A stretch of 64,000 nucleotides of DNA, taken from NCBI RefSeq assembly GCF_963921235.1, contig NC_086107.1:101434001-101498000 (forward strand), given 5' to 3'. Each line of letters begins with the position of its first letter. Positions within the stretch are counted from its first letter, which is position 1. Shown here one piece after another: positions 52,955 to 64,000 of this stretch. The translations under genes and the position numbers were made by a program. Under the pieces are notes generated by a model, which saw only the letters and a program-made list of their open reading frames with translations, was not told the origin of the DNA and did not search any database. Origin of the DNA: Mobula hypostoma. Its lineage: Eukaryota.

Positions 52955-55900
52955 CAGAGTCAGAATCAGGTTCAATATCACCGGCATATGTCGTGAAATT
53001 TGTTAACTTTCTGGCGGCAGTACAATGCAATACGTAATAGAAAAAATCTGAATTACAGTAAGTATATATATATGTATTAAATAGTTAAATTAAATTAGTG
53101 CAAAAAAAGAAATTAAAAAATAATGAGGTAGTGTTCATGGATTCGATGTCCATTCAGAAATCGGATGGCAGAGGGGAAGAAGCTGTCCCTGAATCACGGA
53201 GTGTGTGTCTTCAGGCTTCTGTACCTCTCCCTGATGGGAGCAATGAGACGAGGGCATGTCCTAGGTGATGAGGGTCCTTAATGATGGACGCCGCCTTTCT
53301 GAGGCATCGCTCCTTGAAGATGTCCTTGATACTACGGAGACGAGTGCCCATGATGGAGCTGACCGAGTTTACAACTCTCTGCAGCTTACTTCAATCCTGT
53401 GCAGTCGCCCCCTCCCACCCCCCGCACCAGCCAGTGATGCAGCCAGTCAGAATACTCTCCACAGTACGTCTGCCGAAATTTGCGAGTGTTTTTGGTGACA
53501 AACCAAATCTCTTCGAATCCCTAATGAAATTGAATTGAATTGAAATGAGTTTATTACTTACATCCTTCATATACATGAGGAGTAAAAATCTTTACGTTAC
53601 GTCTCTGTCCAATTGTGAAATGTGCATTTATAGTAATTTATAATAAATATTATGTACCACAGGATAATCAACATAACAGAAATACAGTTGCGTTAGTCTG
53701 ATGGCCTGGTGGAAGAAGCTGTCCTGGAGCCTGTTGGTCCTGGCTTTTATGCTGCGGTACCGTTTCCCGGATGGTAGCAGCTGGAACAGTTTGCGGTTGA
53801 GGTGACTTGGGTCTCCAATGATCCTTCGGGCCCTTTTTACACACCTGTCACTGTAAATGTCCTGAATAGTGGGAAGTTCACATCTACAGATGTACTGGGC
53901 TGTCCGCACCACTCTCTGCAGAGACCTGCGATTGAGGGAAGCACAGTTCCCATACCAGGCAGTGATGCAGCCAGTCAGGATGCTCTCAATTGTGCCCCTG
54001 TAGAAAGTCCTTAGGATTTGGGGGCCCATACCAAACTTCTTCATCCGTCTGAGGTGAAAGAGGCGCTGTTGTGAGTGGTGGTAAAAATCTTCCGAGGTGT
54101 ATATATTTCAATGCTAGGAGTATTGCCGGGAAGGCGGATGAGTTGAGGGCGTGGATTGACACGTGGAATTATGACATTATAGCAATTAGTGAAACTTGGC
54201 TACAGGAGGGGCAGGACTGGCAGCTTAATATCCCAGGGTTCTGATGTTTCAGATGTGATCAAGGCAGGGGAATGAAAGGTGGGGGAGTAGCATTGCTTGT
54301 TAGGGAAAATATTACAGCAGTGCTCAGGCAGGACAGATTAGAGGGCTTGTCTACTGAGTCCTTATGGGTGGAGCTGAGAAACAGGAAAGGTATGGCCACA
54401 TTAGTGGGATTGTATTACAGACCACCCAATAGTCAACGAGACTTGGAAGAACAAATCTGCAGAGAGATAGCAGGCAACTGCAGGAAACATAAAGTTGTGG
54501 TGGTAGGGGATTTTAATTTTCCATACATTGATTGGGACTCCCATACTGTTAGGGGTCTAGATGGTTTAGAGTTTGTAAAATGTGTTCAGGAAAGTTTTCT
54601 AAATCAATATATAGAGGGACCAAGTAGAAGGGATGCAATATTGGATCTCCTGTTAGGAAACAAGTTAGGACAAGTGACGGAAGTCTGTGTAGGGGAGCAC
54701 TTTGGTTCCAGTGATCATAACACCATTAGTTTCGATTTGATCATGGACAAGGATAGATCTGGTTCTAGGGTTGAGGTTCTGAACTGGAAGAAGGCCAAAT
54801 TTGAAGAAATGAGAAAGGATCTAAAAAGAGTGGATTGGGACAGGTTGTTCTCTGGCAAGGATGTGATTGGTAGGTGGGAAGCCTTCAAAAGAGAAATTTT
54901 GAGAGTGCAGAGTTTGTATGTTCCTGTCAGGATTAAAGGCAAATTGAATAGGAATAAGGAACCTTGGTTCTCAAGGGATATTGCAACTCTGATAAAGAAG
55001 AAGAGGGACTTGTATGAAATGTATAGGAAACAGGGAGTAAATCAGGTGCTTGAGGAGTATAAGAAGTGCAAGAAAATACTTAAGAAAGTAATCAGGAGGG
55101 CTAAAAGAAGACATGAGGTTGCCTTGGCAGTCAAAGTGAAGGATACTCCAAAGAGCTTTTACAGGTATATTAAGAGCAAAAGGATTGTAAGGGATAAAAT
55201 TGGTCCTCTTGAAGATCAGAGTGGTTGGCTATGTGTGGAACCAAAGGAAATGGGGGAGATCTTAAATAGGTTTTTTGCGTCTGTATTTACTAAGGAAACT
55301 GGCATGAAATCTATGGAATTGAGGGTATCAAGTAGTGAGATCATGGGAACTGTATAGATTGAAAAGGAGGAGGTGCTTGCTGTCTTGAGGAAAATTAAAG
55401 TGGATAAATCCCTGGGACCTGACAGAGTGTTCCCTTGGACCTTGAAGGAGACTAGTGTTGAAATTGCGGGGGCCCTGGCAGAAATATTTAAAATGTCGCT
55501 GTCTACGGGTGAGGTGCTGGAGGATTGGAGAGTGGCTCATGTTGTTCCATTGTTTAAAAAAGGATCGAAAAGTAATCCGGGAAATTATAGGCCGGTGAGT
55601 TTAACGTCGGTAGTAGGTAAGTTATTGGAGGGAGTACTAAGAGACAGAATCTACAAGCATTTGGATAGACAGGGACTTATTAGGGAGAGTCAACATGGCT
55701 TTGTGCGTGGTAGGTCATGTTTGACCAATCTATTGGAGTTTTTCGAGGAAGTTACCAGGAAAGTGGATGAAGGGAAGGCAGTGGATATTGTCTACATGGA
55801 TTTCAGTAAGGCCCTTGACAAGGTCCCACATGGGAGGTTAGTTAGGAAAATTCAATCGCTAGGTATACATGGAGAGGTGGTAAATTGGATTAGACATTGA

Positions 55901-57312
55901 CTCAATGGAAGAAGCCAAAGAGTGGTGGTAGAGAATTGCTTCTCTGAGTGGAGGCCTGTGACTAGTGGTGTGCCACAGGGATCAGTGCTGGGTCCATTGT
56001 TATTTGTCATCTATATCAATGATCTGGATAATAATGTGGTAAATTGGATCAGCAAATTTGCTGATGATACAAAGATTGGAGGTGTAGTAGACAGTGAGGA
56101 AGGGTTTCAGAGCCTGCAGAGGGACTTGGACCAGCTGGAAAAATGGGCTGAAAAATGGCAGATGGAGTTTAATACAGACAAGTGTGAGGTATTGCACGTT
56201 GGAAGGACAAACCAAGGTAGAACATACAGGGTTAATGGTAAGGCACTGAGGAGTGCAGTAGAACAGAGGGATCTGGGAATACAGATACAAAATTCCCTAA
56301 AAGTGGCGTCACAAGTAGATAGGGTCGTAAAGAGAGCTTTTGGTACATTGGCCTTTATTAATCAAAGTATTGAGTATAAGAGCTGGAATGTTATGATGAG
56401 GTTGTATAAGGCATTGGCGAGGCCGAATCTGGAGTATTGTGTTCAGTTTTGGTTACCAAATTACAGGAAGGATATAAATAAGGTTGAAAGAGTGCAGAGA
56501 AGGTTTACAAGGATGTTGCCAGGACTTGAGAAACTCAGTTACAGAGAAAGGTTGAATAGCTTAGGACTTTATTCCCTGGAGCGTAGAAGAATGAGGGGAG
56601 ATTTGATAGAGGTATATAAAATTATGATGGGTATAGATAGAGTGAATGCAAGCAGGCTTTTTCCACTGAGGCAAGGGGAGAAAAAAAACCAGAGGACATG
56701 GGTTAAGGCTGAGGGGGGAAAAGTTTAAAGGGAACATTAGGGGGGGCTTCTTCACACAGAGAGTGGTGGGAGTATGGAATGAGCTGCCAGACGAGATGGT
56801 AAATGCGGGTTCTTTTTTTAACATTTAAGAATAAATTGGACAGATACATGGATGGGAGGTGTATGGAGGGATATGGTCCAGGTGCAGGTCAGTGGGACTA
56901 GGCAGAAAATGGTTCGGCACAGCAAAGAAGGGCCAAAAGGCCTGTTTCTGTCCTGTAGTTTCTATGGTTTCTATGGTACAAACTGCGTGAGATCCTTGGT
57001 GATACTTATGCCGAGGAACTTAAAGCTGTTCACCCTCTCAACCCCAGATCCATTGATGTCTATAGGGGTTAGCCCGTCTCCATTCCTCCTGTAGTCCACA
57101 ACCAGCTCCTTTGTTTTTGTGATGTTGAGGGAGAGGTTGTTTTCTTGGCACCACTGTGTCAGGGTGATGACTTCCTCTCTGTAGGCTGCCTCATTATTAT
57201 TTGAGATTAGGTTAATCAGTGTAGCTGCTGTTGTCCCTTCTTTGTAGCCGCATCGATATGTTGGGTCCAGCTTAGATCCTCAGAGATATTGACACCTAGG
57301 AACTTCAAATTG
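52955..57312 (-). mobile_element. Two nested Rex1/Babar-like copies (52955-53530 + 57222-57312, and 53530-54072 + 56978-57222) surrounding the CR1
   Basis: ORFs 53391-53576 and 53628-54044 contain ESILTGCIT.W. Homology resumes after the CR1. Confidence 0.8.
54073..56977 (+). mobile_element. CR1-clade LINE, near-complete ORF2 (APE endonuclease + RT) with stops and frameshifts
   Basis: ISETW, GGGVALLV, YRPPN, VVVGDFN, SSDHN (endonuclease); NYRPVSLTS, QHGF, GVPQGSVLGP, KFADD (RT). In-frame stops near 54242, 55355 and 55898. (TTCTATGGT)-type tail. Confidence 0.95.
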
Positions 57313-58699
57313 CACCCCTTATTCCCATCAACTACTCCCCCCCCCCGGATTCTTCATCGACACACGAGGGTGCAAACTTATACCGGCCAGTATAAACCCA
57401 CATGCCTTTGGGATGTGGGAGGAAACGGGAGCCCCCTGAGGTGGCCACAGAGAGAACGGGTAAACTCCCTGCGGACCGTGCCTGAGGTCAGGACTGAACC
57501 TGGATCACCGGAACCGTGAGGCAGAGGCTGTACCTGTCACACCACTAACGTGAAGTCAGTAAATTTCCCTGCTGCCATGGCGAGGCAGGGGAACACAGCT
57601 GAGCCCATCGTTTTCTCAAACAGCCTTGAGCAACGCTATTCTGCTGATGTATTTATCACTCGGAGAGAAGAAAAGCCAAGGTTATTACTGCAAAACTCGC
57701 ATCAAAAGGAGCTGGAAAAGAAAGGAGGAGTGAGTCAGTGTTGTAGCGTTTCCCACTTAAAGGTTCCTGTCTGTGCTGCAGCACAAAGGGTCTTCACTGA
57801 GTGGCCTCTCTGTTGCCGAGGTGGGCAGAGGTGACGAGTTCCATGATGTGGGGGCTTTAGGAAATATTGTGCCTGATTGAACACAGCTCAGCTTGTCTGG
57901 CACTTCTGTGTGTGCCGGAGAGAGGATGAGGTCACACAGCCTACTTCCCACTCCACTCCTGGCATCATCGCTGCTCCCCAGGGAAGGAGGGGAGGTTGCT
58001 GAACGGACTGTGACGTAGAACACAGTGTAGGCCAGGGGTTCCCAACCTTCTTTATGCCACGGACCAGGACCAATCAGCAAGGAGTCTATGGACCCCAGGT
58101 TGGGAAGCCCTGGTACAGCCTCTTTGGACAAGACGTTGTGCCAACTTTTTAACCTACCCTACAATTAATCAAACCCATCCCTCCTACATAACCCTCTATT
58201 TCTCTATCCAATGTGCCCATCTAAGAGTCTCTGAAATGGCTCTAATGTATGTGCCACGACCACAGAGCATTCCAATCTCGGTGTAGAAAACTTTCCTCTG
58301 ACAACAACCCCCCCCCCACCAATACTTTCCTCCAATCACTTTAAAATTATGCCCTCTCAGATTCGCCATTTCCACCTAGGGACATGTTTGAATCGGGTTG
58401 TCCACTCTACAGAATATCCAGTTATTTCACTTGGTTGTAGCCTTTTACAGAGCTTTTTCTCATACTTCTTTATTTTCAACTTTAATTTTTGTTTAGTAAT
58501 CTTAAAAAATAATTGGAAAGGCTTTTAAACCTTCCTGCCTTCAAAAGCTATGCTGCCAACATTTGTCAGTACGTTCTGGGCAGTGGTCGGGGGAGAGTAC
58601 AGGGCTTCAGGACGTACCACCTGGTGTTTAGTCACTATTCGGACATCCCACTCCTCCATAGGTTCAGCTAGTACCATCCCTCACAGGTAGCAGAGGAAA

Positions 58700-58850
58700 G
58701 TCCAGTCGGGGGACACACCAGGTAATTGATAAGTCCAACTGGCATCACACCAGGTAAGGCTGGTCAGGAGACACACCAGGTAACCAGTAAGTCCAGATGG
58801 GGGACACATCAGGTAACCAGTAAATCCAGATGAGGGACACACCAGGTAAA
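58700..58850. repeat. Short imperfect tandem repeat with core GACACACCAGGTAA
   Basis: Five imperfect copies of acac(c)aggtaa spaced about 25-35 bp apart. Confidence 0.75.
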
Positions 58851-59074
58851 GGGTCTAGCTGGTGGCTGGCTCAAGATCTAAGTGGTCCACTGAATTAAGG
58901 AGGCTTTATGTCATTACAGGTAAGATGAGGAGAGAGGGGGAGACAAAGAGGTGAGGAAAGGAGGAGATGGGGAGAAGGAAAGAGGTGAGGAGAGCAAGGA
59001 GAGGCAGAAGGGGGAGAGAGATAGAGGGATGGAGGGGGAGAGAGAGAGAGAGAGAGAGAGACAGAGAATAAACT

Positions 59075-60115
59075 ACAGAACCTGGGTTTCTGTACCTCCC
59101 TCTGCAATTGGATCCTTGACCTCCAAACTGGAAGACCACAATCTGGAGATGTCTCCTCGCTGACAACTAACACTGGCGCACCTTAGGGGTGTGTGCTTAG
59201 CCCACTGCTCTACTCCCTTTATACCCACGACTGTGTGGCTAGGCATAGCTCAAATACCATCTATAAATTTGCTGATGATACAACCATTGTTGGTAGAATC
59301 TCAGATGGCGATGAGAGGGTGTACAGGAGCAAGATATACCATTTAGTGGAGTGGTGTCGCAGCAATAACCTTGCACTCAAGGTCAGTAAGATGAAAGAGT
59401 TGTTTGTGGATTTCTGGAAGGGTAAAACGAGGGAACACGAACCAATCCTCAGAGAGAGATCAGAAGTGGAGAGAGTGAGCAGTTTCAAGTACCTGGGTGT
59501 CAAGATCTCTGCGGATCTAACCTGTTCCAACATATCGATGTAGCTATAAAGAAGGCAAAACAGTGGCTATATTTCATTAGGAGTTTGAAGAGATTTGATT
59601 TGTCACCTAAAACACTTGAAAACTTCTACAGATGCACCGTGGAGAGCATTGGGGTGGCTACTGCACAGGATTGAAAGAAGCTGCAGAAAGTTGTAAAATT
59701 AGTCAGCTCCATCTTGGGCACTAGCCTCCACAGTATCCAAGACATCTTCAAGGAGCCGTGCCTCAGGAAGGTGACATTTGTTATTAAGGACCCCCACCAC
59801 CCAGGACTTGCCCTCTTCTCGTTGTTACCAGCAGGAGGGAGATACAGAATCCTGAAGGCAATTCAGGAACAGCTTCTTCCCCTCTGCCATTTGATTTCTG
59901 AATGGACATTGAATCCATGAACACTAACTCACTTTTTTTTTTCTTTTTTTAAATATATATATTTCTGTTTTGCACTATTTTCAATCTATTCAATATACAT
60001 ATATTGTAATTGATTTATTTTTCTCTTCTTTCCATATTATCAGGTATTACATTGAACTGCTGCTGCTAAATTAACAAATTTCACAACACAGACCGGTGAT
60101 AATAAAACTGATCCT
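59075..60115 (+). mobile_element. Rex1/Babar-like LINE fragment
   Basis: [13 protein letters not shown]...[10 protein letters not shown] and IKDPHHPG.ALFSLLP.G.RYR, with an AT-rich tail. Confidence 0.88.
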
Positions 60116-60547
60116 GAAAAAGGAGAGAGAAAGTGAAGAGAGGAAGGGAAGGTGAGAGAGAGTAGGCGGAAGGAGAGAGGGAGAGAAGGTAATGAGAAAG
60201 AGAAAAAGAGAGGCGGTGATGAGAAAGGGAGGGAGAGAGAGAGAGAGAAAGAGAGGGGATGGGGTGAAAGAAGAGCGAGAGGGAGAGGGGGTGGAGAGAG
60301 AGAGACACCGCAACGAATGTTGAGAAAAACAGCTTTGTGAGGGACAGGCTCTGTCATGTTAGCTGTCAACCATCGGTTACTATACCACACACATGGGGGA
60401 TCTGTTGACAGCAATATGCTTCTCTTCATCTGAGTGAAGAGGTGTCAGGCAGTGGACTAACCTTCATGTGTGACATGAGACACGGCATGGTGGGGGGGGG
60501 GTGCTGTGAGCTGGGTTTATTAAAAACTGCAAACACACCTTCCCATT

Positions 60548-60850
60548 CTTCCCCAGTTAAACCCCCCTCTCTTCCCCAATTAACCCCTCCCTCTCCTCCC
60601 CAGTTAACCCCTCACTCTCTTCCTCAGTTAACCCCTCCCTCTCCTCCCAGTTAACCCCTCACTCTCTTCCACAGTTAACCCCTCCCTCTCCTCCTCAGTT
60701 AACCCCCTCCCTCTCCTCCCCAGTTAACCCCTCACTCTCTTCCACAGTTAACCCCTCCCTCTCCTCCCCAGTTAACCCCTCACTCTCTAACACAGTTAAC
60801 CCCTCCCTCTCCTCCCCAGTTAACCCCTCCATCTCCTCCCCAGTTGCTAA
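60548..60850. repeat. Minisatellite, about 23-25 bp unit CAGTTAACCCCTC(C/A)CTCTC(C/T)TCC
   Basis: About 12 tandem units in two alternating variants. Confidence 0.95.
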
Positions 60851-61127
60851 CGCCCCCCATTGTGGACAGTATTTTATAAACTCAGTGTAGAAGCTCCCCA
60901 CCCGACTGCCAGGATGAGGCACACAAGAAGTCACCAGCCAGATGAACCAAAGGGCTGTACCGTCACAAGCCAGAGGGAGGCCGGCCCTGAACGGAGTGAA
61001 CGGTTACAACTCTGCCACCACTTCCACCCCAAGCGCAGCTGTTTCCTGGAGATAAACCTGTGTTAAACCTGCCACACACACAACAGGGTATTCATTGCAG
61101 ATGACCTCACCACAAGTCATTGCTGGG

Positions 61128-61383
61128 GCGCGCGCGCACACACACACACACACACACGCACACGCATACACACACACGCATACACACACACGCACACACA
61201 CACATACACACGTATACACACACACACACACACATACACACACACGCATACACATACACATACACACACACGTATACACACACACACACACACATACACA
61301 CACACGCATACACACACACACACACACACGTATACACACACACACACACACATACACACACACGCATACACATACACATACAC

Positions 61384-61416
<33 letters not shown>

Positions 61417-61445
61417 TACACACACACACACAGACGTATACACAC

Positions 61446-61477
<32 letters not shown>

Positions 61478-62180
61478 GCATACACACACACGCACACACA
61501 CACACATACACACACGTATACACACACACACACACGTATACACACACACGCACACACACACACACACATACACACACACGCATACACATACACACACACA
61601 CGCATACACACACACACACACGCATACACACACACGCACACACACGTACACACACACACACATACACACACACGTACACACACACACACATACACACACA
61701 CGCATACACATACACATACACACACGTATACACACACACACACACACATACACACACACGCATACACACACACACGCATACACATACACACACAAACACA
61801 CACACACACAGATGTATACACACACACGCACACACACACACACACGTATACACACACACATACACATACACACACACACATACACACACACACACACAGA
61901 TGTATACACACACACGCACACGCACACACACACACACACACATACACACACACGCACACACGCACACACACACACACATACACACACACGTATACACACA
62001 CACACACGTATACACACACGCACACACACATACACACACACGCATACACATACACACACACACACACGTATACACACACACACACACGTATACACACACA
62101 CATACACATACACACACACACACACATACACACACACACAGACGTATACACACACACGCACACACACACACACACACACG

Positions 62181-62224
<44 letters not shown>
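61128..62224. repeat. Compound (CA)n microsatellite of about 1.1 kb with CATA/CGCA/CGTA variants
   Basis: Direct observation of an almost uninterrupted purine-pyrimidine alternation. Confidence 0.98.
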
Positions 62225-62226
<2 letters not shown>

Positions 62227-62689
62227 GCAGTGTAGACAGAGTCTCCACTAGTAACGAGGTCATGGCTCCCAGCTACAGGCCCTGGATTGGACTCTGGTCA
62301 TTTATGGAAATCCGGCGTCTGGGTCTCTGCGGTGAAGTCAAGGTCACCTGAGCCAGTAGATCCTGACCTCTGACCCCACCAGTTGAGAGCCAGAGGCCTG
62401 TAGATGACACAGCTCTGACCCCTGACCCCAAAGCCCCTGTGCCCGGTGCCAGGACTTGGTGGCGGGAGGAGCGAGGGTCTGCTCACCTGATGCTGGGGGA
62501 CCTCAGGCCAGGCTTGTCCTTCCTTGCAGAACACCTGACCATGGGAACTGGGAGCTTGCACGTTGGTGCAGCAGTTAGTGCTGCTGCCTCGTGTGAGGGG
62601 GAGGGGTCAAATGTGAGGAGAGTTGGAATTAGTTTAGTTATTGTCACATCCACTGAGACACAGCGAAAAGCTGGTCTTGCACACTGTCG

Positions 62690-63720
62690 ATGTTCAAAGT
62701 AAATTTATTATCTAAGCACATATGTCTCCATCTGCAACCCTGAGACTCATTTTCTTGCGGGCATACCCAATAAATCCATAACAGAATCAATGAAAGACCA
62801 CACCGACTTGGGTTTTCAACCACTGTGCAAAAGACAACAAACTGCGTACATACAAAAAGAAAGAATTAATAATAAGTAAACAAATAAGCAATAAATATTG
62901 AGAACATGAGAAGAAGAGTCCTTGAAAGTGAGTCCATAGGGTGTGGGAACAGTTCAGTGGTGAGGTGAGTGAAGTTATATCCTCTGGTTCAAGAGCCTGA
63001 TGGTTGAGGGATAATAACCGTACATGAACCTGGTGGTGCGAGTCCTGAGGCTCCTGGACCTTCCTCCCGATGGCAGCAGTGAGAAGAGAGCATGGCCTGG
63101 GTGGTGGGGTCCCAGACGAAGGATGCTACTTTCCTGCGACAGTGTTTTGTGTAGATGCGCTTTTCCTGTGATGAGCTATCCGTACGGATCCAATCATTAC
63201 AGGGTAAAGCAATAACAACGCAGAATAAACACAGAAACATAGAAAATAGGTGCAGGAGTAGGCCATTCAGCCCTTTGAGCCAGCACCAGCATTCAATATG
63301 ATCATGGCTGATCATCCAACTCAGAACAGGGCGTCACAGCTACAGAGAAGGTGCGGGGCGGATGAACAGTAAGGTGCAAGATCATAACTTGGTAGATCGT
63401 GAAGCCAAGATGCATCTTATCGTAGAAATGGTCCATCAAGAGTCTGATAACAGCCGGATAGAAGCTGTTCCTGAGCCTGGTCGTACTGTGCATGCTTTCA
63501 GGCTTTTGTGCCCTCTGCCCGATGAAGGTGGAGAAAGAGAATGTCTAGAGTTGGATATGCTGGCTGCTTTACTGATGCAGCGAGAAGTACAGACAGAAAC
63601 AGTAAGTGGGAGGCTGCTTTCCGTGATGTCCGCGACCCTCTGCGGTTTTGTGCTGTCAGCTGCAGAGCAATGGCAAACCAAGCAGGGATGCATCTGGACA
63701 GAATGCTTTCAATGGCGCAT
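62690..63720 (-). mobile_element. Rex1/Babar-like 3' fragments
   Basis: Motifs equivalent to PHHPGHALFSLLPSG and RLRNSFYPAVIRLL. Confidence 0.7.
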
Positions 63721-64000
63721 CCAGTGTGGCGAGAACAGGTCACAGGGGAATGGGACTGACGAGGTTGCCCCAAGAACCAGCATGGACTTGATGGGCTGAA
63801 CGGCCTCTGAAAATGAGTCCGCTCCCCCCCCCCCCCAGCACAGCTCCGTGCCACGTGCTCAGGACATGAGGCTCATCTCTGGAGCAGCACTGGGTTGGGG
63901 GAACGGAGATGTCTTCACTGGGGATCAATTCCACTCACTGGCAGCTGGATTCAGGGCCCCTGCCGGAAACGTGAGCATTGGGCTAGGGGTGTGGGACTGG

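Noticed and set aside
54272..56728. Host endonuclease/RT genes
   Set aside because: These are pieces of one CR1 ORF2 broken by stops and frameshifts.
60548..60850. Possible telomeric or CRISPR-like array
   Set aside because: TAACCC occurs once per ~24-bp unit rather than as tandem hexamers, and there are no unique spacers. It is an ordinary minisatellite.
61004..62351. Five long ORFs (368-419 aa) of CV/HT repeats
   Set aside because: They are stop-free translations of a (CA)n microsatellite with no coding signal.
41400..64000. Expected neighbouring gene exons downstream of gcat (e.g. galr3/ankrd54 as in mammals)
   Set aside because: I recognised no GPCR, ankyrin or other host-protein exon. 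Short or non-coding exons could have been missed.

Overview
Repeat-rich vertebrate genomic DNA. The repeat content (Rex1/Babar, CR1, RTE, Penelope-like elements, V-SINE-like SINEs) suggests a cartilaginous fish, probably a ray; this is inferred, not shown. The only host gene I can support is a complete 9-exon gcat (mitochondrial 2-amino-3-ketobutyrate CoA ligase / glycine C-acetyltransferase) on the + strand. Its CDS runs 12275-40939 with all GT-AG introns, 1260 nt, 419 aa. Most other ORF-track entries are TE remnants or microsatellite artefacts. Main observations: (1) Penelope-like (GIY-YIG) elements carry minimal, dimer-type hammerhead ribozymes, with one fully intact copy at 10889-10924, and there are TSD-flanked fold-back mini-inserts built from the same 3' module. 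(2) A Tc1 fragment closely resembles Sleeping Beauty and is a horizontal-transfer candidate. (3) Two interleaved pairs of inverted repeats bracket the gcat promoter/exon 1, both with signs of homogenisation. (4) A nested RTE+Penelope insertion sits about 160 bp upstream of the gcat ATG. (5) gcat intron 6 holds a palindromic mariner-derived MITE. All identities were counted by hand or recalled, and TE boundaries without a TSD are approximate.
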